Shown piece after piece: positions 52,169-62,684 of a DNA stretch of 64,000 bases. The position numbers and the translations under genes are program-made. Origin of the DNA: Synechococcales cyanobacterium VAR_4_metabat_354 (GTDB taxonomy: Bacteria > Cyanobacteriota > Cyanobacteriia > Cyanobacteriales > Chamaesiphonaceae); the NCBI GenBank assembly GCA_031414775.1, contig JANOQI010000031.1, positions 64,001 to 128,000 on the forward strand, read 5' to 3'. Each line of letters opens with the position of its first letter. The stretch's first letter is position 1. Under the pieces are notes generated by a model. That model was not told where the DNA came from and did not search any database. It was given only the letters and a program-made list of their open reading frames with translations.

Positions 52169-52321
52169 TTAAGACTCATCGTCTTCGTCGTAGATCTCTC
52201 CAGTAAAGGGCTGTACTCCTACCAAATGCTCCTTCCCTAACTTTCTGTAGGGGCTGAAGACGACGGCCACGGCATCAGCGACGTAACCAACAGTTTCTGT
52301 AATAATGCGACCAATACTCAT
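52169..52321 (-). CDS. 50-aa small protein (not in the ORF track)
   Basis: Hand translation MSIGRIITETVGYVADAVAVVFSPYRKLGKEHLVGVQPFTGEIYDEDDES; RBS AGAGGT; own terminator. Confidence 0.8.
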   Translation of the reverse strand: MSIGRIITETVGYVADAVAVVFSPYRKLGKEHLVGVQPFTGEIYDEDDES

Positions 52322-52393
52322 AAGAAGTACCTCTGAAGGTGCGAGTTGGTGAATTAAAGATCTAAATGATTCAATTTAATTATTGCACTCATA

Positions 52394-52418
52394 AGTTTTA
52401 ATAATCATTTTCGCAATA
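52394..52418 (-). promoter_or_regulatory. Fur-box-like sequence
   Basis: Minus strand GAAAATGATTATTAAAACT, 12/19 to GATAATGATAATCATTATC by hand count. Confidence 0.4.
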
Positions 52419-52445
52419 GTTATTTACTAAATCATTCCCAAAGCA

Positions 52446-52477
52446 AATGGGACGGTCTCGATCGAGACCGTCCCATT
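52446..52477 (-). terminator. 32-bp perfect palindrome downstream of psbM
   Basis: AATGGGACGGTCTCGATCGAGACCGTCCCATT. Confidence 0.7.
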
Positions 52478-52499
52478 CATGGATAAATCTTAAACTTAA

Positions 52500-52613
52500 C
52501 TATTCTGCACCAGTACCACGGGTATTGGTTTGAATAAAGAGAATGATCAGAAAAATCGAAGGAACCAAGATAAAAAGTAAACTGGCTACAAAGCCCAAGC
52601 TATTAGTTTGCAT
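52500..52613 (-). CDS. psbM: Photosystem II reaction center protein M
   Basis: Hand translation MQTNSLGFVASLLFILVPSIFLIILFIQTNTRGTGAE. Confidence 0.95.
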   Translation of the reverse strand: MQTNSLGFVASLLFILVPSIFLIILFIQTNTRGTGAE

Positions 52614-52699
52614 AAATTCTCTTTTAAATTCAGTAATCGCCAAATCTAAGATGTAATGTACCGCAGAGCTGAATTTTCAGCAAGTAGACTTAACAATGT

Positions 52700-52996
52700 T
52701 TAGGGCTTGGTGTTCACTTTAATAGCGCCGTTAACCATGGTTTGGCAAGCCAAACGCCAGTTATCGGGCTTGTTTTTGAGCTTTTTTTCTTCAAAGGCGG
52801 TGCGGGGGGAAAGATTTTCCATCCCTTCTACAATTTCTACTTTGCACAGACCACATTGCCCGATCCCACCGCAGTTCATCATCTTGCCTTTGAAGGTATA
52901 GATGTCTATGCCGTTCTGGATCGCCTTGGTACGCAGGTTAGATCCCTGGGCAAATACAAATTCTTTATCTTCTTTGACAAAACTGATCGTGCTCAT
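52700..52996 (-). CDS. 2Fe-2S ferredoxin-like protein
   Basis: NCGG.GQCG.C...WRLACQ; directly upstream of psbM. Confidence 0.92.
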   Translation of the reverse strand: MSTISFVKEDKEFVFAQGSNLRTKAIQNGIDIYTFKGKMMNCGGIGQCGLCKVEIVEGMENLSPRTAFEEKKLKNKPDNWRLACQTMVNGAIKVNTKP

Positions 52997-53122
52997 GTGG
53001 CTCCGCAACTATTTAAGTATCTATTAAGAATTATTAAGAACTTTTGGACGTTTGCCAAGGGGGGAAAGCCAGCAATCTGCTAACTCTCCCCTCATGCTAG
53101 AACATTTTAGTTGTCAGGATTA

Positions 53123-54565
53123 TTACTGATTAGCGTAAACAGCATTACGCAAGGTAGCTAAATCCCGATTGTAATTAACGATCGCTCGACTGTAATTGCT
53201 CTTGGCTCTAGTTAGCTCGGTTTCAGCATTAATAACATCTAGCTGGGTACCAACCCCAGCAGCCAACCGCAGCCGTGCTAACCGCAGGCTTTCCTGTGCT
53301 TGGGCTTGGGCACCTTTAGCAGTGGTGATATTTTTTTTGTTAGAACTTAAGCTCAAAAAAGATGTTTCAACTTCTAGGCGCACTTTATCGCGAATCGCTA
53401 TGGATTCAGTTTCAGCGATCGACGCACCCACGCGCTCTTGGTCAATTTTGGAATTGACTGCACCACCATCCAATAAATTGAGTCTTACCCTAGCCCCAAT
53501 GCCATAGTTGTCTCCAATACCAGTATTAGCAGTAAAATTTTGCCCTGCACTATAGTTAGCAAACAAACTAACTTGAGGGTCGTTCTCAGCGTTTGCGGCG
53601 ATGGCATTGAGGGAACTAGCATCACGCTTGATCTTTTGTTGCTTTAGTTCTGGCCGATTGTTCAAAGCTTCAGAAACACTTTTATCTAAATCTAATGTCC
53701 ATTGTTCTTTCATCGCAATCGGTTCTGCGGCACTATATTCTATATTTTCAGAGATATTTAAAAGTTGAGCAATGGTTTTTTGGGCAGCTTGCTGCTGGCT
53801 CTCGATTTTGACTACATCTTGTTCGGCAGTAGCTTTTTGAACATCCGCTCGAATTACATCAAACTTAGTACCCAGGCCAGCCTTCTCCTGAATTTGGGCG
53901 TTGCGCAAGCTCTCTTTGGCATTTGTGACTGCTGCTTGATTAATTTTGAGCTGTTCATCAGCATCTTGCAGGTCGTAGTAAGCCTTAATGACATCCGCCC
54001 GAACTTTACGAGCAGCCTTTTCTACATCTAACTTATCGGATTCCAACTGTTTTAACCCGGCCTTTTCCAGGCTGTTACCAAGTAAATTATTTAGGCCGTA
54101 TTCAAGATTTAATCGCCCTTGCCAACCAAGGCCATCGGATCTAAATTCCTGGTTGTTAGGTTGATCAAAAAACAATGATCTACGATTGTTATCGAGAGAC
54201 CCTTCAATGCCTAAAATCGGCCAACTAGAGGCTTCAGCGGCTCTAATCCTAGCTGTGGATCTCTTGATACTAAGACAAATAGCTTCTATCTCTTTGTTGT
54301 TCTGGTTAGCTAAGTCCAAAGCCTGACGCAAGGTTAGCTTGCCATTTTTACTTTTATCAATCCGAACATCACTAGGACTAAATTCTGTTTTGATAGATTC
54401 ACTCTGAGCGCCGCCAGAACTGGGTTGTTTTTTGTCAGGGCAATAATTCGTTACCGTTTTACTTGGAGGGGGAAGAGTCGGCTGAGCGATCGAGGGCAAA
54501 ATTGCTGCCATCAAAGAGATCACTGCTAGCGAGAAAGCACCTAAAGTTTTATCTAAATGAGTCAT
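53123..54565 (-). CDS. TolC-family outer membrane efflux protein
   Basis: LTL.QAL.LA..NN, AYYDLQ, AGLGTKFDV, AGVGTQLDVI.AE. Confidence 0.93.
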   Translation of the reverse strand: MTHLDKTLGAFSLAVISLMAAILPSIAQPTLPPPSKTVTNYCPDKKQPSSGGAQSESIKTEFSPSDVRIDKSKNGKLTLRQALDLANQNNKEIEAICLSIKRSTARIRAAEASSWPILGIEGSLDNNRRSLFFDQPNNQEFRSDGLGWQGRLNLEYGLNNLLGNSLEKAGLKQLESDKLDVEKAARKVRADVIKAYYDLQDADEQLKINQAAVTNAKESLRNAQIQEKAGLGTKFDVIRADVQKATAEQDVVKIESQQQAAQKTIAQLLNISENIEYSAAEPIAMKEQWTLDLDKSVSEALNNRPELKQQKIKRDASSLNAIAANAENDPQVSLFANYSAGQNFTANTGIGDNYGIGARVRLNLLDGGAVNSKIDQERVGASIAETESIAIRDKVRLEVETSFLSLSSNKKNITTAKGAQAQAQESLRLARLRLAAGVGTQLDVINAETELTRAKSNYSRAIVNYNRDLATLRNAVYANQ

Positions 54566-54679
54566 GGTTATATATTTGCAATCCTGAATGGGTATTACTA
54601 TCTTGGATGACCAGGGTTCAGAGATTTTTGGCTATGTCAGTAGCCTTTCTCCATTTTAGCTAAATTTCAACCAAAATTT

Positions 54680-56017
54680 TTAGTCTAGGAGTAGACCAAC
54701 TACTGTTAAAAAATCGGTGATATCCGATACGGGCAGACAAGTAACCTGCAATTCTCGTTCCAGCTCTTCGATGGTCACGTCATCCAGAAATTTAGCTTCG
54801 TCGTGTTTCAACATCACTGCTGGTAACAATAAACCATTACCCAGATCGCGCTGCCGCAGGTTTTGGAGCAAATCTTGCCCAGTCAACAGGCCAGTGACGG
54901 TCATGGTTTGCCCCCAATAGGCGCTGGCCAAAGCCACTAAATTAATTTGTAAACCGGGAAACTGATTTAGTCGATCGATAATCGGCGCAAAGGCTTTTTC
55001 GACGGTATTCCCCACCACCCAGGTATAGGTGCGCGGCTGCCCATCATATTCACAGTCGGCAATTTCTTCTTGGAATTCGTCAATAAACCGCCGAATGGAA
55101 CCGACCCCGTTGCCGAGTTGGGGATAATCTTCGTAGTCGGCACTAGTTGGTAATTCTTGACCAGCAATTAGATACCATTCGTCGGCCAACCAAACAAAAG
55201 TGGACTGGTATTGTTGTCGGAATTCCGCTTGCAGCGTTTGAACTTGGGCAATTACGGCTTGGGCGGCAGCGGCATCGACGGGCTGTAATTGCTCACCGCT
55301 GGCTGGTCGGAACTTGGTCAAACCGACTGGCACCACGGCAACAGAGACAACAGCTGGCAAGTCACCCTGGTGAAAAGCAGCCAAATCCCTAATGGTTTTT
55401 TCGAGCTGATGACCATCATTAATGCTGGGGCATAAGACCACCTGGGCATGGATTTGCAGCCGCCGCTCGGCAAACCAAGCTAATTGATCGAGAATTTTAC
55501 CAGCTCGATCATTTTGCAACAATCGACTGCGTACTTGGGGATCAGTAGCATGAACAGATACAAAAAGTGGCGATAGACGCATTCGATCGATCCGTTCCCA
55601 TTCCCGCTGGCTCAGATTCGTGAGGGTAAGATAACTGCCGTACAAAAAGCTCAGCCGGTAATCATCATCCTTCAGATAGAGCGAAGCTCTTTTGCCTGGG
55701 GGTTGCTGGTCAATAAAGCAAAAAGGACAGTGATTATTGCATTGGATCAAGCCATCAAACAGCGCCGTCTCAAACTCTAATCCCAGATCTTCGTCATAGT
55801 CTTTTTCAATTTCTAGTTGGTGACTTTTGCCCTGGGCATCCAAAACTTCCAGATTCAGTAGTTCATCTGCACACAAAAATTGATAATCGATCAGGTCTCG
55901 CACTGGTTGATCGTTGATTTTTACCAATCGATCGCCAGCGCTAAAACCTACTTCCTCCGCGATCGATCCGGGCACCACTCCGCTAATTTTGGCTGGCTGC
56001 GTGGCAATCTCACTCAT
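54680..56017 (-). CDS. PDZ / radical-SAM-like Fe-S protein (TIGR03279/DUF512 type)
   Basis: CNNHCPFCFIDQQP, KDDDYRLSFLYGSY.TLTN, YPQLGNGVG. Confidence 0.92.
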   Translation of the reverse strand: MSEIATQPAKISGVVPGSIAEEVGFSAGDRLVKINDQPVRDLIDYQFLCADELLNLEVLDAQGKSHQLEIEKDYDEDLGLEFETALFDGLIQCNNHCPFCFIDQQPPGKRASLYLKDDDYRLSFLYGSYLTLTNLSQREWERIDRMRLSPLFVSVHATDPQVRSRLLQNDRAGKILDQLAWFAERRLQIHAQVVLCPSINDGHQLEKTIRDLAAFHQGDLPAVVSVAVVPVGLTKFRPASGEQLQPVDAAAAQAVIAQVQTLQAEFRQQYQSTFVWLADEWYLIAGQELPTSADYEDYPQLGNGVGSIRRFIDEFQEEIADCEYDGQPRTYTWVVGNTVEKAFAPIIDRLNQFPGLQINLVALASAYWGQTMTVTGLLTGQDLLQNLRQRDLGNGLLLPAVMLKHDEAKFLDDVTIEELERELQVTCLPVSDITDFLTVVGLLLD

Positions 56018-56021
56018 TTGG

Positions 56022-56885
56022 TTAACCTTCCCAACCTTGGGCTACTGCTACTAACAAGGCTAACCCAAAAGCCAAGCGATACCAAACAAACACCCAGTTA
56101 CTATACTTTTGTAAGAATTTCATTAACCAGGCGATCGATAGATACGAAAAAATAAAAGTGGCCACAATGCCCAAAAGCATCGGCATCACCATTGCTTTTT
56201 CTTGAAGCACATCTTTAGTCTGAGCCAGGGTGGCGATTGCTAGAGTCGGTAAGCCTAAAAGAAAGGAAAACCGAGCAGCGGTCTGGCGCTGCAAACCCAA
56301 AAACAAACCAGTAGTCAGCGTCGAACCAGAGCGGGAAGCACCGGGCAGCAGGGCAATCATCTGACCCAAGCCCACCAAAATTCCATCCCGCGTTTCCAGT
56401 TGGTTAAAGTCGCGAGTGCGCTTGCCAAATTTTTCAGCTAAGCCCAGTAAAGTAGCCATGACGATCGACATAACTCCAATTAAAGCTGGACTCTCTAATT
56501 CCACCTTCATCGCCTTTAGCAATAGCCCCCCAGCCAAAGCCGGAATGGTACCGATCGCAATCCCCAAAAATATTTTCCATTCTTCCCGCTGCCATTCTTT
56601 TTTCTGAAAAGCCTGCCACGCCCCGGCAAAAATTTGTTTTAAATCTTTCCAAAAGTAGAGAATGACCGCAATCACACTACCAAACTGAATGCCATCGATC
56701 GCCGCTTTGCTCCAGCCAGCGTGAGGCGCACATTCTTGTAGGACATCTTTGGCACACATGGCGGCTGTCACTTCTCCCCAGCTAAAGATGTCCCGGAAAA
56801 TAATCAGGTGAGCGGTGCTACTAATCGGCAAGAATTCAGTGATGCCCTGTACCAAGCCCAGAATAATAGCCTGAATATACTCCAT
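56022..56885 (-). CDS. uppP: Undecaprenyl-diphosphate phosphatase
   Basis: QGITEFLPISSTAH, PGASRSGST, AARFSFLL. Confidence 0.96.
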   Translation of the reverse strand: MEYIQAIILGLVQGITEFLPISSTAHLIIFRDIFSWGEVTAAMCAKDVLQECAPHAGWSKAAIDGIQFGSVIAVILYFWKDLKQIFAGAWQAFQKKEWQREEWKIFLGIAIGTIPALAGGLLLKAMKVELESPALIGVMSIVMATLLGLAEKFGKRTRDFNQLETRDGILVGLGQMIALLPGASRSGSTLTTGLFLGLQRQTAARFSFLLGLPTLAIATLAQTKDVLQEKAMVMPMLLGIVATFIFSYLSIAWLMKFLQKYSNWVFVWYRLAFGLALLVAVAQGWEG

Positions 56886-57084
56886 AAAAATAAAATCCAA
56901 AAGATCACTCGTTTAGCATACAGGAGCCTCCGTCATGCCGATAGAGCCAAAAAACAGGGTGAAAGACCACTCATCACAGACATCAACTACTACTCATTCA
57001 GCCAATAGCGACTCCAAACCCCCAAAGTTTTTGTGATATCTTTGAAGAATAATTAATTTTAGTAAATAAACTTAACAAGTTCTT

Positions 57085-57783
57085 TTGTTAAACAATACAT
57101 TTAACCCCACTCCTAACAAGGCTGGGTGGATTTCACTTACCGAAATTCATTGGAGAGTCTTCGCCGCCGCCGCTTTCTTAGTAGCTGTCCCAGTCTTTGT
57201 GGAAGCCCCCCTCGTCCGTAACTGGCCTTGGCTCAGTGTCGGGCTAACAAGTTTTTGGGTAGGTCTTAGTTACTTCCTTTATCAAAAACCCCAAACCAAA
57301 ATCTGGGGCGACCTGTTGTTTGGATTTAGCTGGAGTTGGCTCGCGGGAGCAATTTATTGGGGCTGGTGGCGTTGGATTCCAGCCTTTCATTTGCCGATCG
57401 AATCGATCGGACTGCCGGTCGTGCTTTGGTTGTGCTGGCGGGGGACTGGCAAAGTCGGTAGTCTTTTTTACCTCGGATCTTTGGTGGGGACAGCAGTTAC
57501 CGATGTATATTTTTATTTAGTCGATTTAGTTGGCTATTGGCAGCAGTTAATGGTGGTAGAGCCAGCTTTAACAGCGCCAATTTTACAAGCAGCAGTATTG
57601 CAAGTCCGTAGCCCGTGGGGCACAATCTGGGCAATCGTACTAGTGAGTTTATTACTGAGCATGGGTATAATGTGCTTGAGCCGTAAAAAAAATCATTGGT
57701 ATGCTTTCAGTGGTGCCATTCTCACCACTATCGTGGTAGATACGCTGTTTTTGGTGTTGGCAAATATCAACCAAGCATTGTAG
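57085..57783 (+). CDS. DUF3120 membrane protein
   Basis: FLV.VPVF.EAPLVR..P, WGDLL.GFSWSWLAG.IYWGW, HLPIESIGLP. Confidence 0.85.
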   Translation: MLNNTFNPTPNKAGWISLTEIHWRVFAAAAFLVAVPVFVEAPLVRNWPWLSVGLTSFWVGLSYFLYQKPQTKIWGDLLFGFSWSWLAGAIYWGWWRWIPAFHLPIESIGLPVVLWLCWRGTGKVGSLFYLGSLVGTAVTDVYFYLVDLVGYWQQLMVVEPALTAPILQAAVLQVRSPWGTIWAIVLVSLLLSMGIMCLSRKKNHWYAFSGAILTTIVVDTLFLVLANINQAL

Positions 57784-57806
57784 ATATCTACTTACTCGTT
57801 TTTCTA

Positions 57807-58868
57807 ATGTCCACTCTCACCCGTTACTCAACTGTGACCCAAGGACTTTCTGCTTATTTGGTATTACAAGCTGATTCCGGTACTCGCCGTTTTGCATTGG
57901 TAGAGGGCAAGTGCTGGACGGTCGGGAGAGGTGAAGAAAACGACATCGTAATTAAGGACCGTTGTCTCTCTCGTAACCACGCCATGCTGCAATGCACAGA
58001 GGGTGGTTACTACCTCATCGATATGGGCAGTAGCAATGGCACCTTTGTGAATGGTCGCCGCGTTAATATTCCGGTCATTATTCACAACGGCGATATTGTG
58101 ATTTTTGGCCAAACTGAGTTGAAGTTTTTCTTGCCCCGGCTGGCCGAGGAGGCTCTTCCCGCAGAGGAAGGCACTTTGGATGGTACGGCTACATCGATTC
58201 TACATGTGCGTAGATTGATGTCAGTAATGGTTCTGGATATGCGCAACTATACAGCGTTTACCAGACAGATGGATGAGAATTTACTCTCCGAGGTCATGAC
58301 CACTTGGTTTCGGAATGCCGGCCATATCACCCGCTGTTATGGTAGCTGGGTAGATAAATATATCGGAGATGCGGTAATGGCCATTTGGTTTCACAACTCC
58401 GAAACCATTCAAAAGCAGGAAATGATCAACATTCTCCAGGCTATGAATGATATTAACCAAATGACCAAAACCCTAAGCAGCCGCTATCCCCTCCCTTTTG
58501 AGCTAAAAGTTGGGGCTGGGCTGAATACTGGTTATGGGATGGTCGGAAATGCTGGCAGTAGTAGCCAGCCAGATTACACCGCCTTGGGTGATACGGTCAA
58601 TTCGGCGTTTCGACTGGAAACTATCACCAAGGAAATTGGGGCAGAGATTGCCATTGGTGAAGATACTTATCAGTATCTAGCGCCTTTTCTTGGTGATAAT
58701 CGGGTGTTCAAGAAATGTTCGGTGAAGCTGAAAGGTCATGAAGAATCTTCTGTCACCTACGCTACCAATTTTGGTGCTCTCGATGCGTTCCTTAGTCTAG
58801 AAGCATCTCCCCGAAACTCTTGGCCAGCAACCGACGCTGTTGTTACTACTAATCCCCTACTTAATTAG
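57807..58868 (+). CDS. FHA-domain class III adenylate/guanylate cyclase
   Basis: FHA (VGR, SRNHA, S.NGTFVNG) plus cyclase (DKYIGDAVMA, GD.VN.AFRLE). Confidence 0.93.
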   Translation: MSTLTRYSTVTQGLSAYLVLQADSGTRRFALVEGKCWTVGRGEENDIVIKDRCLSRNHAMLQCTEGGYYLIDMGSSNGTFVNGRRVNIPVIIHNGDIVIFGQTELKFFLPRLAEEALPAEEGTLDGTATSILHVRRLMSVMVLDMRNYTAFTRQMDENLLSEVMTTWFRNAGHITRCYGSWVDKYIGDAVMAIWFHNSETIQKQEMINILQAMNDINQMTKTLSSRYPLPFELKVGAGLNTGYGMVGNAGSSSQPDYTALGDTVNSAFRLETITKEIGAEIAIGEDTYQYLAPFLGDNRVFKKCSVKLKGHEESSVTYATNFGALDAFLSLEASPRNSWPATDAVVTTNPLLN

Positions 58869-58890
58869 GTAAATTAAACTTCAAATCAAG

Positions 58891-59529
58891 TTAAATATCA
58901 CCGTTCGCTAACAGTTGAATAGCTGCTGGTAGTATTTTGTGTTCCTGTATCTGAATCCGGGCGTGGAGACTATCAGCATCATCACTAGCTAGGACTGGCA
59001 CGGCGGCCTGGAGCAAAATCGGGCCACTATCTACTTCCAGGCTAACTAAATGCACAGTACAACCAGTGATTTTTACTTGAGCGGTTAGGGCTTGTTCGAT
59101 CGCCTTAATCCCGGGAAAACTGGGCAAAAGGCTAGGATGGATATTGAGCAGTCGATCGGGAAAAGCATCAATCAATACTTGGGTAATCACCCGCATCCAA
59201 CCGGCCATGACTACGCAGTCTACTTGATATGCTTGCAAGGTTTGGACGATCGCCTGGTCTAGTTCGGCGCGGTTGGCAAAGTCTTGGTGGTTGTGTAGGA
59301 CGCTGGGGATGTGGTGCTGAGCGGCTCGATCGATCGCTTTAATGTCGGGTTTATTATGGATCAAGACAGCGATTTGGGCATTTAGTTCTTGACGTTCAAT
59401 AGACTCGATAATCGCGGCGAAGTTACTACCGGCACCAGAAGCCATAATCCCCAATCGCAGGGGTGGTCGATCGAAGTTAACTGGGGGCAGGTGCGGGACG
59501 ACCAGAGGAGAATATAAATCTACCGACAT
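58891..59529 (-). CDS. purN: Phosphoribosylglycinamide formyltransferase
   Basis: ASG.GSNF, AGWMR, NIHPSLLP, GCTVH...DSGPI. Confidence 0.97.
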   Translation of the reverse strand: MSVDLYSPLVVPHLPPVNFDRPPLRLGIMASGAGSNFAAIIESIERQELNAQIAVLIHNKPDIKAIDRAAQHHIPSVLHNHQDFANRAELDQAIVQTLQAYQVDCVVMAGWMRVITQVLIDAFPDRLLNIHPSLLPSFPGIKAIEQALTAQVKITGCTVHLVSLEVDSGPILLQAAVPVLASDDADSLHARIQIQEHKILPAAIQLLANGDI

Positions 59530-59616
59530 ATTTTATGATCTGAGGTTTGCTTCAGTATCTTTAGCACATTCTGCTGTAGCCGTAGCCCATCGACATCACC
59601 TTTTAAAAAATTATTT

Positions 59617-61140
59617 ATGAACAGCATCAATCTACCGCCTTTGATTCAGGCCATGCTCCAACCCGGATTTTATCCACATCCGGTGACAGAACCGATCGAG
59701 TTATTACAAACCCATGCTTCCTATGTCTTTTTGACAGGTGAGATTGCTTACAAGCTGAAGAAACCAGTCAATTTTGGCTTTTTGGACTACTCCACGGTTG
59801 CCCAGCGGCAACATTTTTGCCAGGAGGAATTACGGCTCAATCAACGGGGCGCAGGGGAATTGTATCTGGCAGTTCTACCAATCAGCACTACTGGCCAGCA
59901 GTTTGTTTTAAATGGCAGCGGGGAGATCGTAGAATATGCCCTCCAGATGGTGCAGTTTCCCCAAACCGCCCTGCTCAGTAATATGTTCGAGGCGGGGGCA
60001 GTCACTACTGATCAGATGGTGGCAATGGCCAAAGTGGTCGCTGTTTACCATGCGGGGGCACAGACCAACGAATATATCAGCAGCTTTGGTAACATCCCCA
60101 CCTTGCGCCGATCGATCGAGGAAAACTATCAGCAAACCACCCAGTATATTGGTATTGCTCAAACCCCCCAGCATTACGCCGCGATCAAAGCTTTTACCGA
60201 TCGCTTTTTTGATCAACATCCAGAAGTATTTGTCGATCGAGTCCGGGGTAACTTTATCCGGGAATGTCATGGCGACCTTCATCTGCGTAATGTTTGCTAC
60301 TGGCCAGACCGGATTCAGTTGTTCGACTGTATTGAGTTCAAGGAAGCCTTTCGGTATGTAGATACTATGTACGATGTGGCCTTTGCCACAATGGATCTGA
60401 CAGCCAGAGGCCGCACTGATTTAGGCAACGTGTTTTTGAATAATTACCTCGAGCAAACCGGTGACTGGGAAGGTCTACAAGTACTGCCCCTCTACCTCAG
60501 TCGCCAAGCTTACGTGCGGGCGAAAGTAACTTCTTTCTTACTAGATGATCCAACAATTGCGGCGGTCGATCGAGCAGCTGCCCAAACCACCGCTCAGGAT
60601 TATTACCAACTAGCTTGGCAGTACACTCAACAACCTGCTGGCCGCCTAATTTTGATGGCCGGATTATCCGGATCGGGCAAAAGTACTGTTGCTCGCCAGA
60701 TTGCCCAGCAACTCAATGCTATTCATCTGCGATCAGATGCAGTGCGTAAGCATCTGGGCGGTATCGCCCTCACTGATCAAGGCGGTGCCGATCTCTACAG
60801 TCCGGCGATGACCACCCATACCTACAGCCGCCTCCAGTGCTTAGGTATGAAACTTGCTCGTCAGGGCTATACCGTGATTTTGGATGCGAAGTTCGATCGG
60901 CAGTCTTGGCGAGCGCCAGTACTACAATCCGGCTTACCCGTCCAGATCGTGCATTGTCAGGCACCAGCTCCAGTCTTAGTAACCCGTCTCCAGCAGCGTA
61001 CTGGCGATATCGCCGATGCCACCGCCGACCTGCTAGCTAGTCAAGCTGCCAGTTGGGAAAACTTTACAGTGGCTGAAGCTAAATATGTCATGGCGATCGA
61101 TACCACTCAAGATTTAACAGCGTTCTTCAGTCAGCTATAA
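59617..61140 (+). CDS. Bifunctional aminoglycoside-phosphotransferase-like / AAA kinase protein
   Basis: THAS.VFL, YKLKKPV, ECHGDLHL.N, FDCIEF; GLSGSGKST. Confidence 0.9.
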   Translation: MNSINLPPLIQAMLQPGFYPHPVTEPIELLQTHASYVFLTGEIAYKLKKPVNFGFLDYSTVAQRQHFCQEELRLNQRGAGELYLAVLPISTTGQQFVLNGSGEIVEYALQMVQFPQTALLSNMFEAGAVTTDQMVAMAKVVAVYHAGAQTNEYISSFGNIPTLRRSIEENYQQTTQYIGIAQTPQHYAAIKAFTDRFFDQHPEVFVDRVRGNFIRECHGDLHLRNVCYWPDRIQLFDCIEFKEAFRYVDTMYDVAFATMDLTARGRTDLGNVFLNNYLEQTGDWEGLQVLPLYLSRQAYVRAKVTSFLLDDPTIAAVDRAAAQTTAQDYYQLAWQYTQQPAGRLILMAGLSGSGKSTVARQIAQQLNAIHLRSDAVRKHLGGIALTDQGGADLYSPAMTTHTYSRLQCLGMKLARQGYTVILDAKFDRQSWRAPVLQSGLPVQIVHCQAPAPVLVTRLQQRTGDIADATADLLASQAASWENFTVAEAKYVMAIDTTQDLTAFFSQL

Positions 61141-61168
61141 TCCTGGATACTAAAATCCTCGCCCCACC

Positions 61169-61528
61169 ATGATCTCGATCACTCCCACTGCTGCGGCTGA
61201 AATTCAACGGCTAAAAAATGCTCGCCCCAATACCCATTTGCATTTAACCCTGGGCACTGGTAGCTGCGAACAGTTCTACTACATATTGAATTTGGTAGAG
61301 CAGTGGCCAGCCGAAGTAGTGGTATATGCCGTAGAAAACTTCACGATCGGCATCGATCAACGGTTCCATAAATTTTTAGAAATCATTCAAATAGATTTCG
61401 CCCAAGATCTAATGGGTGGTGGCTTTCGGTTTAATAATCCCCAAGCCCTCAAAGTTTGTGGCTGTGGTAATGCCTTCACCGCCATCCCCGACAGAGCCGA
61501 AACGGCCATCAGCGGCTTGGATATTTAA
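61169..61528 (+). CDS. HesB/IscA-family Fe-S cluster carrier
   Basis: GSC, DF..DLMGGGFRF.NP.A..CGCG. Confidence 0.88.
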   Translation: MISITPTAAAEIQRLKNARPNTHLHLTLGTGSCEQFYYILNLVEQWPAEVVVYAVENFTIGIDQRFHKFLEIIQIDFAQDLMGGGFRFNNPQALKVCGCGNAFTAIPDRAETAISGLDI

Positions 61529-61627
61529 ACCACCGCTAATTCACTACTCAGATCATCCCTATAATTGGAGAGTCTGGGCTAAAATTTGCACATAATATCA
61601 AAATCTTTCGCCACCGCGAGTACATAA

Positions 61628-62563
61628 ATGAATTTAGTCATACTCCAGGGCTATCTGGATAATATTTCATTTGGCATTTTACTAGTTATTATGCTAGTCT
61701 ATTGGGTAGGAGCCGCTTTTCCTAAAATTTCCTACCTACAAAATATTGGTACCGCTGGCATGATGGTAGCCAATCTTTGCATGGCAGCTTTGCTAGCTGC
61801 CCGTTGGATTACTGCTGGTTATTTTCCCTTGAGTAATCTTTATGAATCTCTCTTCTTTTTGGCTTGGGGGGTGACAGCCATTCACCTGATCGCCGAACGC
61901 ATGAGTCAAAGCAATTTGGTTGGTGTGGCCACTGCCCCCGTCGCCATGGGAATTACTGCCTTTGCGGCGCTTTCCTTGCCTGATGACATGCAAGCTTCTG
62001 CACCGTTAGTACCAGCCCTCAAATCTAATTGGCTGATGATGCATGTGAGCGTGATGATGATTTCCTATGCCACCTTGATGGTCGGCTCGGTATTAGCAAT
62101 CGCCTTTTTAGTGGTGACTGCTGGCCAGCATGTCGAGCTGCGCGGTAATTCTCTCGGAATTGGTGGTTATCGACTCAGTACAGCGGGTAGTCCAGAAACA
62201 ACCACTTATAGTGAATCACTGCCGCTATCGCCCCAAAGATTGAGCCTTGCTCAAACCTTAGATAATGTTAGTTATCGAATTATTGGTTTGGGTTTTCCAC
62301 TGCTCACGATCGGTATCATTGCTGGTGGAGTCTGGGCAAATGAAGCCTGGGGCTCGTATTGGAGTTGGGATCCGAAAGAAACATGGGCGCTAATTACCTG
62401 GCTGTTTTTCGCCGCTTATCTCCATTCCCGCATTACCAAAGGATGGCAAGGGCGTAAACCAGCAATCTTAGCTGCTACCGGTTTTGTGGTAATTTGGATT
62501 TGTTATTTAGGCGTAAATATTTTGGGCAAAGGACTTCATAGTTATGGCTGGTTTTTCAGTTAA
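61628..62563 (+). CDS. ccsA: Cytochrome c biogenesis protein CcsA (system II)
   Basis: [39 protein letters not shown]. Confidence 0.97.
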   Translation: MNLVILQGYLDNISFGILLVIMLVYWVGAAFPKISYLQNIGTAGMMVANLCMAALLAARWITAGYFPLSNLYESLFFLAWGVTAIHLIAERMSQSNLVGVATAPVAMGITAFAALSLPDDMQASAPLVPALKSNWLMMHVSVMMISYATLMVGSVLAIAFLVVTAGQHVELRGNSLGIGGYRLSTAGSPETTTYSESLPLSPQRLSLAQTLDNVSYRIIGLGFPLLTIGIIAGGVWANEAWGSYWSWDPKETWALITWLFFAAYLHSRITKGWQGRKPAILAATGFVVIWICYLGVNILGKGLHSYGWFFS

Positions 62564-62684
62564 AGCAGATGATTTTTGCTAGCAAAACAAGTAAAATTTC
62601 GAGGTGCTATATATGGGCATCTCAATTTCAAATCATCTTGGGTACCACCACCCTCAATATTTACCACAATCGTGAGAAGTAGAC

